The translations under genes and the position numbers were made by a program. The notes beneath the pieces are model-generated. The model saw only the letters and a program-made list of their open reading frames with translations, made no database searches and had not been told where the DNA came from. From assembly GCF_037042905.1 (NCBI RefSeq), contig NC_087251.1, positions 49,291,358 to 49,355,357 on the forward strand: a DNA stretch of 64,000 nucleotides. The letters run 5' to 3'. This DNA is from Lytechinus pictus (taxonomy: Eukaryota). This document shows positions 1-14,224 of the stretch, piece after piece. Within the stretch, counting starts at the first letter, position 1. Each line of letters starts with the position of its first letter.

Positions 1-3000
1 TGGAGCAAAATGAAAGTATCATTCAAGTGCTTTTAGGGTTATGAATCTATTATCCAAAAAATGAACAGATAGCAAATACTTATTAAGTGGATGGCAACGG
101 GATTATCATGTGATTTTTCTGTTAAATGTTTAAGAAATAAAAGCTTAAGAATTGTTATCCTTAACACTTGAAACTAAAAATCTCAAAAATCTTAATGTCA
201 AGTGATTCAACTTAATTTCTCTTTCATTTTCCATTGACTCATAATTTGTTTATATTTTCTTTAGCAAATTAGGCAAAGAAAATTTCTCTACTAAGATTGA
301 TGAATATTGAAAGCTGGATTTTCCATTCTCCTATCTTTGATGTGATCTTTGACTAGCAATATTCAATGATTCGCCCTCAGTTTTATTGATTTACAATCTT
401 TTTAACAAGACTAGAAATCATGCCCAGAGTGGTAAGACAAGAAAATGTCTGTTAATTATAACTTCCTTGAATTGTAAATATTGTTGATAATAATAATTTG
501 AAAATGCAAGAAGTAGCCATTCTTTCCCTTGTATTATAATACAATTACACTACTGTAGTATATTTATTTCATTTAATGTTTTTTATTTGAAGGACCAGTA
601 TCTTTGCTTTGCAAATAAAAGCATATAACATTTGCTCACGACAATATGGACTAATAATTATCCCCTATACCCAATGTGGACAACTCACTATATCTGTCAT
701 TAGTGTACTATATTATATTCTCCTCCCTTCAAATCAAGCCAGCCTTTCTTTTTTCATCCCACTTTCGTGCTTTCCATCCTCTCTCGCACGCTCTCAAGTA
801 AAATGGCCAGTGCATGAGTTTTCTGTTTGAAAAATATCTGTTATCGGTGAGCAGGTCAACATGTAATTATTGGCAGGTAGAAAAGCGTAATCATCTTCTG
901 ATCAAATCCCCCTCCGATGCAGAATTTAATTTATTCCGCTCCAATATTGTCTTCTGTTCATCATCTTCTTTTCTTCTTTGGTTCTGCTTGCTCACTTTGA
1001 ATGAATGCTCTGCTGTCACTCCGAGATCTTCCCGTCTGTCGTCGTGACAGCGACAGAGATGTGAGTGATTTTTATTTCTGCCTGGCTTTTTTTTCATGTC
1101 TTCATAAAAAAGGAAAGATGAAAAAGAGAGAAAATTACGAGGGGGTACATGGGCTGTGTGTTAGATTTTGTGCAGAATGAGTTCATATGTGTGTGAAATT
1201 TAAAGGAGGGAATGTTCAATAAATTTGAAATATATGTGAAAATAAGGTTAAGTTTCAGATATGTTTTGTTATCTTTTATTTTCATTTCTTATCTGATTAA
1301 TAGGAGATCATCATGGTAATGGCATAAAACAGGAATATCACCATAATTTATGTACAGATCATAAAAAGATTGATAATTAAGTAGTTTGTGAATGTGGGTG
1401 TATAGGAGCTCCAAATAGACGTAAATTATGAAAATAATTATTTCATAAAAGCCGACATCATTGACCAGTTTTTATTACCTATTATCAAATCATATAGTAA
1501 GAGGTAAGATTAAATTTTTATGAAAATAGATTAATTTACGACCCTTTTGATCCTCCACTGTTATTATTTTTAAAAGGCTGTGTAAATCGTTTGTTGATAT
1601 AATTGCATATGAGAAGCATAAACTGATTTTTATAGTTGATTTTCTTTATTTTACATCCATCAGATGAGGATATGTTTGGTTACTAAATTATGGTGTTGAA
1701 AATTTATTACAATAAATCATTCAGATTCATTGAAAATATAAGGGTAAAGATAGCAGCCAAGACCTGAAGTTGAAGTGAATGATTTATCATGAAAGTCTAT
1801 AATATGGCTTATTACATAAACATACAGCCTTTGAAAGATGGCCACTAATAGTTCATTTGTTTTTAGTTTCTGAGAGAGTAGAAATAAATGGTATAATTAG
1901 ACAACTTCATTAACCTTTTGTTATTACGCTAAAGTGTTACAAAATTTATGAGCTAATATAAACCTAATAAATGAAAACAACAGCGTATGTTCTGTTTGGT
2001 ATAAAACCATTTTCAATCCTGGAGTAAGCTAAAAATTTCAGGATATAATCTTTGTTTATAGCTTCTTGATATACAACCTTTAAATTTCCATTTTGAAAAG
2101 GAAAAAAAAAACACACATAGATAGAAGTTGCTAAATATATTTAAATGTAATGTTTGAATTTTCACAAATAATTAATAGATGAAAAAGATGTGACAGTCAC
2201 TGCACTTGTTGTAAGATTTCGTATTTAATATAAATAGATATAGATCCCAATATGATTCACTTTACTGAACCATTACCAAAGCTTTAGACCTTCGTTAGGC
2301 TTTTAAAACACGTAGTTAAGCTTTGAATATTAGTAAGCATTCAAAGCTTTAAAAATATAATTTAAATATAAAAAAATTATATTCAAGCTAGTAAATCCTA
2401 TGATAGACTGTGATTAGTGACCAACAGAGCTGCAATAGTATTGTTGGCAAAATAAAATTATATAAATTCTCCTTGTTAGTTATCCAATAAAGATTGATGT
2501 GGTAACCATTCACAGTAAGCACTCAAAGTGCTTTATGATACAATCTATAATTAATGTAAAGTTCCCCGTGTCCAACCTCGCTCGTTTCACATTTTCAGAA
2601 TACGTGAAAGTTCTATGGACTGCTGCTGATCATCTATTTTAGATTTTTTTTTGTTTAGATTGAAAGCAGAATCTTTATGTGAGCACTGCTGTATTATTGA
2701 TACGATGAGTGGTATTGGGCTGGCGCTGTATATATTTCACCTGCTTGTGCAGAATACAAATGCATCATAATGACCCCCAATATTTGGGCGGCGATTCCTA
2801 AATGAGATGAGCTGGCACGATTTGGATCGTATTGATTTAGATAGCAATTAAAGGGTATGCGATTCAAATTGGTGCTGAGCTTGTGTATCTATTCCACTCC
2901 ACATTACAGCTCTTATCGTCATCATTTGGGCACGCTTTCTGTTCTGTTGCAGAAGCAGTGATTAATACGATGAGCATGGAGATAATGCTGGGGATATTTA

Positions 3001-3677
3001 CAATGCTATTGCTGCGTTTGGTTTGTGACCACTGCAGGTATTGATAAAATGTTTCCTCCTCCCTTGATGAGAAAGAGTTTGAAAGGGGTTTGGTTATTAC
3101 AGGAATAATTACTTTGTGGGGAAAAAGACTGCGATTGCCTTGGATTACTACTTAAATTGCATGCAGAGGATAAAATTGAAATGAAACAGAAGATTGATCA
3201 ATTTAATTCCTTGTTTATAACCAACATTTTATGTAGATTACTCAACTAACAATAAAAGCTTGGAATAATAAATCTGTCTATCTCCATGACTTTAACATAT
3301 TAATGGAGAATGAATGATATTATGTTTGAACATTTGTGGTTGACTTTGCATAAAAACAACACATTTATTGGATTACAACTCAAGGTATCAATCAACCATC
3401 TTGGGCTTTCAAATAGCCTAATGTTCCCTTTTGAAAAAGTGAAATTCTTTCCTCTTCTTTATGAATTTAATAAGAATAAAAGTAAACACTTTACAAAATT
3501 AAATGAAGGTAAATATGAGAAACTTGAATATGTAGGTCAATAGCACTTGATTTTCTGAATGTTTTGTTGATAGGCGGTTCGGCTGAGTAATGTTGAAAAT
3601 TCTGCAGGATGCTCACTTGGAGAGCTGAACGGGGCCAATTAGATTCAGCTGCGAAAACTCCCGATATGGTCTACTTG

Positions 3678-4487
3678 GGGTGCGTTTATCCGCCACTTTT
3701 TCACCCTAGAATCATGATCTGAATCATGATTCAAATCACGATTCTGCAGAATCACGATTGCGTTTAGTCGAAATTGAATATAATCATGATTAGAATCACA
3801 AACATGAACTACGAAAAAAGGGGCGTTTGGAAAGACGTTTCTACAGAATCACGTATGAAAATGTTCGAATAAACGATATCGTGATTTGAATCATGATTAT
3901 ATGACCTCACTGTGTCGGGCTACTTTCGGTTTGACTCTTGCCAAGCTCAAGGCTCTCTATATGCTCATTGTATGTACATGGTTACTCTGCATGCATTTCT
4001 TGTCATGTTCAAGTTCTGTGTTGGTCATCGCATCGTCCACTACTTTTCATTTTTTGGTCATGTCTTCAACTTCAAGTTCTAGTGAATGAATTAACTGGAC
4101 AGACAATGATCTCAGTTGTTGTTGAGTATAGAGTGTTAATATTAAATTGGATCTACGCTGAAATTCACTTCCGAACACCATTTTGGATAAACTAACAAGA
4201 TGAATAGAAGCATATGGACCCTATAGAAGTAAACAAAATTAGGTATAGACTGAATTCTGGAAGCAAAAGATTTTTCGAGAGCCGAAACACGTGCGAAAAA
4301 CTTCCTCTGTCAAACTGCGCACTAGTGATGCGCACTGGATTGGCCCGAATCTGAGGAGAAACAGCATTGTAATGAAGGTCGTCTAAACGCTGATTCTGTG
4401 ACATCGTGATTCATGTTTGTGTTTTGAATCATGATTCAAATCATGATTCAAATCATGATTCTGGCTTGAGGTCGCATAAACGCAGCC
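3678..4487. mobile_element. Non-autonomous PIF/Harbinger-like DNA transposon
   Basis: Termini gggtgcgtttat...ataaacgcagcc (11/12 inverted match), subterminal aatcatgatt arrays at both ends, 3-bp TSD TTG at 3675-3677 and 4488-4490. Confidence 0.8.
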
Positions 4488-7400
4488 TTGGACAGGCAAC
4501 GCCAAATTTCAATTAGGCACAGGTGTCCAGCGTGCTGAAATAATGAGGTCTAGTTTTTCTTATGCATTATGGCTCGACTTTTTTTCCCCAACCTGCCCCT
4601 TTTTGTCCCAATTAGCACAATATTAATTCTAAGTAGTGTTATGGTTGTAATATTTTTTTTTAGAAGGGGAGGTGAAAAAATAATAGTAAGAGAGGTAGTA
4701 GATGACAGCCATTGAAGATTGGAGTGGCAAATAGAGAAGAGGAAGGAGAGAGGGAGAGAAGGAGAGAGAAACAGACAGAATAAGAGAAGGGAGAAAGAGA
4801 AAGGGTGAAAATAGGCAAAGAAAGAAAAAAGGGAGTTCATCATACAGGGTGAAAATGACAAAGTTAGTCTGAAAATGATAATTGGAGCTTTAAAAAAAGT
4901 CTTGAATGAAAAGCAATTTAGGAGTTGTAACTTCCAAATAAAAACCTGTCCTTTTATCAACCATTATGTACATCACAGTATTTCATTTCTGTAGTCTGTA
5001 CACACATAACACTGTTAATGTTCACACGTAAACTTAAACATTGAAAAAGGATCATATCTGTATTAAATACGCTTCCTTGTCACATCTTGGCACCCCCCCT
5101 CCGATGAATGTGATATTTCTACTGTCACCGAAATTACTGGAGCCCTGTGGCTACATTGCACCATGGGACAGACGAAGATAATTTGCGGGTGAGGGGTTGC
5201 ACACAAGATAGATCTGTTTTTTCTTGCATATCTGTATTGTTTGCATACACGCATTAGGAGAGGGTATGCTCTTAAGTCAGTGTATGTGTATATTATGGCA
5301 AACTAACAGGATTATTAGCCGCCGTTTTGGAGGATTTAATCGGGCATCAGGCCACTCAGGCGAACAAGCAAAGGGAAAGAAAGTTGGAGAGGGCAAATCA
5401 TGCAAGCAATTTTCTAAATTGCCAGCCTATGGGATTATCGGTCCATCCCATTTGAGAAATTAAAAAATGGAGGGAAGGAGGGGTGGGGTGCCAAAATCCA
5501 GCTCATACAGAATAGAAAATTCAAACTCATGACTTTTTCCTCTTGTCTTTTTTCTTTAACTCGTCATCAAAATCGGCTCCCCACTCTCTTTTCCTCTGTG
5601 TGGTATTTGTTGAACAATACACGGGAGGCGGACCTACACACTTTACATCCGAAGCAGCAAGCCGATGTATTATTACCGTTGATTATTGCTGCGGCCCATC
5701 TCATTGTAAACTTGATACGTATGTCTATGAGCTTAACACCTACAGTGAAAGAAGAGGGAGCAAATGTAATAAATTGATTGGGGCCGTGATTGCTTTATTA
5801 TCTCCAGCTCATTGGGAAGCATTGGGAGAAATCCCTAATCTTGTACATGGACTATCATTTCGGGATTTAGGCATAAATGGGAAGGTAATTGAATTGCGGA
5901 TTTGATTCTGATCTCATATTTGTATGTGAAGGCTTCAGGCTGATGGGCAATGCCCAAGTTCACCACGGTGTAATGGATCTATTTTGTTTTCGCTGTGGTC
6001 TTTTCCTTTAGCTGTCCAGTTTAAAACCTCAATTCTGTTGAACTGATGATGAAAGAAATTTAGTCCAATTAATTTGTACATAAATTTTGTACATCAGATC
6101 ACATATTTATGAATAAAATTGGCTTAGGAGAAACAATGCTCATTATAAGGGTATTTCATGCATTCAAATGTTTCATAAAGGAGACTTCCATGATTTGGCT
6201 TTCCCCAAAGGGGGTCGCCAATAAACTATGATTTGATGAGATTATCATTTTAAAAATTAACTGAAATAATTTAGAAACTCTACAACAGACAAACCTCAGT
6301 TTACATATTACATCAGGATTTACCATTATTTTATCAAATGCTTATTTGAATGGGTTCATAGTTTGTAATGAAATTTGTTTATAATGGTATCATCTACACT
6401 TCTTTGAAGAAATGACAAAATTGAGAAATATTGTTATTTGTAGAGTTTAGAAAGAACTTGGTCAATTCTACCATAGATGGTTGATCAATACCCTTCTTGT
6501 TCAGGGAAGAGGACGGATCATATGTTATTAATAGTATACAATGGAAACTAGGTACATGAAAGGAAAAGTCTTTAAAGAGTAATATTTCCTGTTCTTCCCT
6601 TGTCCAGGCTGAGGGAGCAGGTGTTCTGTTGGGGGGTAAGTGCATAATCATTGGTTGGATGATGTGTGAACGAAGCACCCCCTTAGCACTGAATTAGCAC
6701 TATCGTAGAGCAGCTGTGTACAGAGTACATAAGAACAGACCAAAGGGGTCAACCGCAGTCAGAAAGTCAAACCCACCGTGACACTGGATTCACTTTGCCC
6801 AAGAATGTCGGCGGCTCCCCCGCTTGCTAACAAGCCCCATGTCCAGGAACAAAAACGCCCCAGAGTTGTGCTAATAAACCTTGAAGCTTTGTACAAGCAT
6901 GGACGGTCCATGGTACAAGAGGGGTGCACTTCTCCCAAGAAGTTAAGAGGCGGGTGGAAAGAATAGAGGGAAAGGGGAAGAAATTGTTTTATGTATTTGT
7001 GCAGGAGAATTGTGCCGCAATTGCTCTCGGGTCTTATTCAAACAGAGGGTAAGGAGAGAAGGAGGGAGAGGTGCATGAAGAGGATTGCGCAAATAGGGGT
7101 AGAGAGAGAGAGAGGGAGGGAGGTAGTGGGCATGGGTGCGTAGGGGGTGCAGAACTGCGTGGTAGCAAACCCAGCTGCCTGCCAAAGTTGACAGAACAAA
7201 CACCAGAGAGATGGGAGTTTGCCCTCCATGAGTGAGCTGGGTTTGGAAAATAAAGTGAGAGGGAGAAGTCAGTCGCCAGTTAAATCTCCTGAAAAAGTCT
7301 GAAGAGAGAGAGAGAGAAAGAGGGAGTGGAGGGGTGGGTATAAAAGAAATGAAATGAGCGAAACAAAACCAGTGCAAGCTTGTAGAACATGGTATCACAC

Positions 7401-8538
7401 AATGCCCTCCAAGTATGTGTCCAAGTACAACAAAGGTCCAAATGCGGATTAGCCACCTAGTCAAAGCCGAAGAAATCACAAACGCTCACTCAAGGCTGTT
7501 TGTCCTAGGCTCAGAAATCAAGTTTGCGAGCAGGAAGCCAAGTCATGGGCCCCCTGCGCTAAATTAAAAAGTGGTTTTAACTGTTTATTCTGAAATGCAA
7601 TACCAGTTCAAAGTTTTTTAGGATCGGTATCGGTTGTAAATTCCCTCCATAATCTGGCTATGACACGACAATGGAATTTGCTCCTTTGTCCGTCTGGCCT
7701 TTGTGGTGGGGGAAAATAAGCGGCTGGTTTCATTTCAATCAAAATTTGAAACATTTCAAAGCTGGACTATTCATAGGTAATACAAAACATCAATATTCCC
7801 AGAATGTATTCTCACTAACTCCTTATATCATAGAAAATAAAGAATTAGGAAAGTACAGACTTTTGAATTTCACCTTGTGTTCCATTTAAATTCCAGAGCC
7901 AAGGTAAATTAGAATCCAAAACTCATGAAGGCTTTTATAATCCCGAGTCTCTTTTAAAAATTTATATTTGGTTGGTAAGTCTATGGAATTAGTATTTGAT
8001 ACTCATAAGAAATATATAAGGCCTATATTCCACCTGCTTTCCCTTCTCTTTTTTTTACATTGGTTTTTTTTCCTCTCATCCCATATTATGTTATGTATCT
8101 GACATTTACATTCCTGGCTTTAAAGCGATAATAACCTTTCATCATATGAAATGAAAATATTAAAAACAATATATATATATCCGTTGTTGTAAAAAGGAAA
8201 TCCCTACAAATATGTATATTGTTTGTTCCACAGGCATGAGTACTTAGCCTCTTTGTCTAGTATCATGTAAAACCATATGGTCAAGTATAAAAGCAATACA
8301 TTATTGCTTACATGGGGCACAGATGTGATTTTGTTCAGTATGAAATGCAGGTATACATGAGTTAAAATGTCATAAAACCCAATACCTTTATCAGGGTTGA
8401 GCTGGTAAATCCTGGATTTTTTTTTTTACTCTGTGCCATATTTTATTATTTGGTAAAAAAATGAACTTCCTGTCCTTCTTGCAGGTAGGTCATACTGAAG
8501 GCAGATGAGATGCAAGCCTTTGGACTTGCCCATGAGGA

Positions 8539-8677
8539 GAGGAGCATAACATGAAACAAATGGTCATTGATTTTCACTGACTAATGTTATAAGCTACTGT
8601 AAATCCTTGCATCTGATTGGCTCAGAGCTAATTAGTGAGTGAAAGTCACTGACAAAACTTTTCATGAAATACTCCCC
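8539..8677. mobile_element. Short palindromic MITE (~140 bp)
   Basis: Inverted arms gaggagcataacatgaaa...gtcattgattttcactgactaat and attagtgagtgaaagtcactgac...tttcatgaaatactcccc. Confidence 0.65.
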
Positions 8678-9827
8678 TATAAAGCACATATATTGTTGAT
8701 ATCATATCAAACATTTTCATTCAACAAGCATTTAGAACTATTATCATTACATTGACATGGGCTATCCTGTCAAGGTATATTTAGAGTAAATACTTTATAT
8801 TTCAAAAAGTGCAAAATTTCTGTTCCATTCTGTAGGCTGTAGGCCTATATTATTCCTATCCCTATAGGCTCAAATCCTATGTATAGCTTCAAAATGTGTT
8901 CAGTGATGTGAATTGGTAGTATCCAATATTAGAAGTGTAGAGTCTGTTAATTTTTGATATTTTATCTCTCCAGATTAAAAATAATAATCTAGATAGCAAA
9001 GCTTGTGGAATGGGATTTCCCCTGATATCATCTGCATCTCATATCAATTCAATGAAACATTATTATGCAAAATATTTTTGTTGAATTTTGATTATGGATT
9101 ATGTTTGATATAGTTCAGAATCAAGTCTTGAGTAAACATGAATATCATTAGCTATCTGTTTCTGCTTATCCATATCTCAAACATACTTTGTTAAAACATT
9201 ATGCAAATATTTATACACAATGTATGCCATATCTAATCTGATATAGTATTTAGTTCTTGTAGCTAAATGAATAAACATGGTAACATATGCAGGACAATAC
9301 AAGACAATATTTTCCTTTATTTTCTTCATTATGTTTGACTTATCAAATAAAAAATGATTATGATAGTGCTGTAATTTTTTTTTTTTATAGATGTAAAGAT
9401 TATTAATTGATTGCTACAGACTCTTGATATAGATAATTTTCCACCATTTACAAGGATGGGACCCAGGCAGGCAGTCAGTCAGTCAGCTATGTGTTCCTCA
9501 TAGTACCTATTGGTGTAATCCAGCACTCATTCTAACTCAACATTTCCTGAATTGAGGGTGTCAAACGATCAAAGATTGGAGGTGTCGGGCACGGGGAAGA
9601 GGGCGCGTGTGATCTCTCGCATCTCCTCGGGGGTCATCATTGAGCCCCTGGTTGGTAAATTAGAATGGTACTCGAGGAAGAGGGTGAAGAGGGCTTGCAT
9701 CACGCGCATTTTTAGCCGGGGCATTCGCTAGCACTCTCACGTCACGTGACGAGTCGAGATATTAATTTCATCCATTCTTGTTTATAAGCATGACTTCCTA
9801 TATTGTATGAATCTCAGAGAATACATA

Positions 9828-10589
9828 TTTAGCACATCCGGTCCGAAGGGCCAGATGAGCTTATGCCGTGGCGTGGCGTCCGTCGTCAGTCTTCCGTCCA
9901 CAGTTTCAAAATGCTTCTTCTTCGTCATTTCTAGTCCGATTTCAATTCTGTTTGCTTTATATTATAGCACTAGGTGGGGGATTCGAAACTTCTACACAGA
10001 ATTTTGAAATTCATTAAATATGCTAATTTAAGCGCAATTTTCAAAATTCACAAAAAATGCTCCTTTATTTGTTGACCGATTTTGATTTTTTTGCTTCCAT
10101 CTGGTAGAGCTTCATTAGGTTCACCAAACTTCTACACAGAATTTTGAAATTTTGGGTAGTAAATTATTTATGATAATTTATGCAAAATTCATAAATCACA
10201 GAAAATGTGTCATCTTCTTTGTTTGTTGACCGAATTTCAAAATGCTCTTTCTTTGTCATTTCAAGTCCGATTTCAATTCTTTTTGCTTTATATGATAGCA
10301 TTAGGCAGGGGATTTAAAACTTCTACACAGAATTTTGAAACTCATTAAATATGCTAATTTATGCACATTTTTCAAAATTCACAAAAAATGCTTCTTTATT
10401 TGTTAACCAATTTTGATTTTTTTTTTCTTCCATCTGGTAGAGCTTCATGAGTTTTACCAAACTTCTGCACAGATTTTTGAAATTTCGAGTAGAAAATTAT
10501 TTATGCTTATTTATGCAAAATTTATTCATAGTCACGAAAAATGCTTTTTCTTTATTTGTTGACCAATTTTTTTTTTTCATCCATCTGGT
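9828..10589 (+). mobile_element. Helentron/DINE-like non-autonomous element with internal tandem array, 3'-truncated
   Basis: Starts in a T-run with hairpin agcacatccggtcc-gaa-gggccagatgagct, then a gtcc/gtc microsatellite-like tract and a ~330-bp dimeric repeat (aaacttctacacaga anchors near 9987, 10127, 10318, 10459). Confidence 0.65.
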
Positions 10590-10619
10590 TTTATGTTGGT
10601 TTGGAATTAGTGAAGTCTG

Positions 10620-11050
10620 AACATCTTTGTGAGTTTTTACATTTAATTTGCCCAGGCCAGTTCTATGGAATAAATTTCCACGGGCATCAGTAATATTTTC
10701 TCCTGTTATTAACATCTTCAAAATCTCAATAAAAACCTGGCGATTCAGACTGTTCCAGTGCAGATGTTATTCTTACCTCCTCTTTAATTACAAGTTTATA
10801 TTTCCTTTCTTTAGTGCACCTTGAGCTTCTATTTATGGATACCAGCTCATTACAAATCACTGGCGGATCCAGGGAGGCACAGCCAGCCTGTGCCCCCCCC
10901 CCCTTTGAGAGGCACTATTAAAATTTGAAGTGTAAATTTTTTTTGTTCGTTTGCTTGTCAAATTTTTTCTCGGCACAATTCCCCCCGTTTGGAAAATCCT
11001 GGACCGCTCCTGTTACAAATGTTTATATTAGTATTATTATTATTATTATT
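10620..11050 (+). mobile_element. 3' remnant of an L2/CR1-group LINE, interrupted by a MITE
   Basis: From 10657 reads PVLWNKFP...NIFKISIKTWRF, like the LWNxLP...FKxxLKTxLF end of L2/CR1 ORF2; tail gcaccttgagc...cattacaaat continues after the MITE into (tta)n. Confidence 0.55.
10858..11012. mobile_element. hAT-like MITE
   Basis: Imperfect TIRs cactggcggatccagg / cctggaccgctcctg with a perfect 8-bp TSD TTACAAAT at 10850-10857 and 11013-11020. Confidence 0.85.
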
Positions 11051-14000
11051 ACCATGTATATACCAAGAGTACCCTATAAACAAATAGTGTTGTACATTCT
11101 TAAGTGGGTAATATGCCTTGTGCACTCTACAGAATTGTTTTGGTGCCTTATAAGTCACATAATTATTATCTTTAATTAATAATAATGAGATACTAGATTC
11201 CTCTAATTTTACACATACTTGCTCTCGAGTCAGCAATTGGTGTCAACTCAAAAGTCTCTGGTTATAGGCTGCATGGTGAGGCTGCAAGGCGTTTGGTTTC
11301 TTTTCTTCCAGAGCTTTAATTTGCATCTGTCTTTAACAGTTGCAGCCCAGTTTGTTGACAGTAACAGCTGATAATCTGTGTTTACCCAAGATTAATAAGG
11401 AGGTAATATCATTATCCAAATAATGACAATATCATTTGGTTTTATCGCATAGCCTTTATCAGGGTTAGAAGATTGTTGACATTGGTCCTTTGTTGGTTAT
11501 GTTAGCTTTTGTGTAATTTTATTTGAGGTTTATGTGTCAGATCTTGACTTGACAAAGTGTTAAAAACATCATTAATCATGAGGTTTTCTTTAATGTATTA
11601 GATAGAAAGGGTTTGTAACAATATATTCACTGCAAAGTGTGAATAAACTGAACAAATCAAGCACCTAAATGTTTGCAGATAGAAGAGCGGTGTACGTTCT
11701 CAAGTTTCCCCATTTAGTCAATTATTGAATCGCTATCAGTTCTGAAACATTTGTCATTAAGTGCCTGATAATTGGGTTTAATGAATATAAATCAGAGAAA
11801 AAATGAAACTGAGTTGTGGGGGATCGCGTCTTAATGCGTAATAAATAGTGATCAATCAATGTTGAATACCTATCTTATGATAAAGGTACCCAGATTTATG
11901 ACAGACGGAGCCAGAGTAGGCCTACCTAGGTCTTACTTGGAAATCTGCAAAAAGTTTACAAGAAGTATTCCAGATTATAAGAAATGTGCACTTCCTAGAA
12001 CTTTTTATCGTCTTGCCATGTAAAACAAAACACCTATGTGCCTGTATAGTATATACACATCTTCAGAGATCCTTAGTAGTTAGCCTTTCCAACCTGACTT
12101 TTTATTCTCTACATTTCTCCCGATAACATGGGAGTGAGAAAAAAATATCATGCATTATTCCACCGGCTGCCCCCAAATGTATGCTCGGCTTGCATCTTGC
12201 GTGCGAAAACAGTTTGAATATTGTTGAGTGGCTAGGGGTATCTCGCCAGGCAGATGCTGTCCCAGCGCTTCCCTTCACTCGCAAAGGACCAAGCAAGAAG
12301 AAAGCGAAGAAGGGAAGTCATCATGTTAGTTTACCGTCGAGTGTTTAGTCATCTGTCATGAATATTTTATACCGTTTCGGTAACGCTCCTTGTTTTGGCC
12401 GTGTCAGAGAGACGTTCCCGTACCCATCTGCTTTTGGTCGGTCAGATCACTTGCAAGTTCATTATATGACATCTCTTTTGGAATATAGGGAAAAGATTTA
12501 CACAATAAACAATGAACATTTATATACTACATACCTATATCATAAGGGCATATGTTATAATTTTTGAGAAAAGCAGTTCTACTGACAGATTTTATGAGGT
12601 ACAGTACATGAAATTTCATCATTCATTGTGATTTTAATCTCCCATAAACTTTCATTTGTGACATGACTGTAATATGGTTTTATGTATTTTTTAAATTACG
12701 TATAAGAAGTCTTTGGCGAATTTTTTTTTTGGGAAAAGAACAAGTACTTTTTGCATTTGACATTATCAACAGGACAAAAATAGATTTGCAGAATGATTTC
12801 TTTGCATTCATCTTGTAGGGATGCATTACCATGATTACTTACACATTATTCAAGTAATTACAAAAATTAAAGATACTTTGAATTTCAAATATATATCTTT
12901 GAACATGTGTTGAATGCTGTGAACATTGAAGTGGTTCTTCAGTAAGCACTTTTTATTTTGAGGGATTAGGGATTAATCAGGGATTTAAAATATTTTGGTT
13001 GAGGCGATAGATTTTTTACCATTCTTATTGTTAGTCTTTGTGAAAAAACCTACCATATTTCTGATTAATAATAGACAATGAAGAAAATCAGCACAAAATG
13101 CTGCCAAAGGGTTAGCTAAGATTATTTTTTTGAACATCGATACAATCTTGGTGTGACAAAATCAGTCTATTCTGTGGCATCATGTTCCCCTTGTCCATCT
13201 CTCTCTTTGACCAGGTGCAAGCATGTTAAAAAGACAAAAGATTTTTCAAGTCAAGTCACAAGAACCCTTGACAAATCAAACTTTTTTTTCACAAAGGAGT
13301 AGCAAATTTCCATTCGCAGTCCAAAAAACTTTGTGAGAGAATAGAAGCCAATTTAAAGTGGTAATTGTCCTCTTCCATCTGAGATAATACATGCAGTGTT
13401 TACATGCAACTCCCAGAGTCAATATTGACAGTATCATTTGGAATGGGGGTGCATGAGGAGGGAGAGGGTGGAATCCAATGTTTGCCTGCTATTTACAGCC
13501 TGTCTGTTTCAAGCCAATCTTTTAACTTTGTGTTAAGTTGTCAGGGTACTAGATGAAGAGTTCGTTTAAGGACACATCCACACCTGTTTACATCAAGGGC
13601 CCGTTATAGTCCTGGTTCGGAGGCGAAGCGATACGGGAAGGGTATAAGTAAATATGGTGGAAGACAAGAGTGACAAAGTGAAGCAGAAAGTCAAGTGGCT
13701 ATCTTCATTTTCTCCAGAACACTTAAAAAAAAAAACCTTGTTCTTTCTTTTTTGTGCTATGCAAACTGTTTCTTTTGGGGCCGTGTACTGTTCATTGAAT
13801 TGCTCTGACTTGGAGAGCCAACAAGAAAAGAGACAACCAGTCCTTGAAACTTTGCCTGCAGTCAGATCAAACTGTGTGGTGGAGTGGTTAAACAATCGTA
13901 TTCTTACTCCACATAAGACCTCAGAAAGGCCCTTTTCTCAAAACACGAGGGTGCAAGGCCAATTTTCAGTGATGATTGGACCAAGCTTCTCTTTGGTTTA

Positions 14001-14224
14001 GAAGTAATATTAGATTGATAAGAAAAAAAAATCTATAACAAATATTTCAATTTTTAGTTCTGAAAGTTTCAATTTACAATGTAGCAAATCACAAATTATG
14101 AGATGTCGTGATATATAAAGCTTGTATATAAATCTAGTCCGTTTCTTCAACATAAGGAAGCTTGAAGAATAGTCACCTCATGTTTCGAGCGTTTCATAAA
14201 ACAAATAGTGATCCAATGCTTTAA

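Noticed and set aside
6744..6770. Possible DR5 retinoic-acid response element
   Set aside because: Second half-site does not match RGKTCA at DR1, DR2 or DR5 spacing.
6943..7479. 178-aa minus-strand ORF
   Set aside because: Explained by GA/CT low complexity; no recognisable protein.
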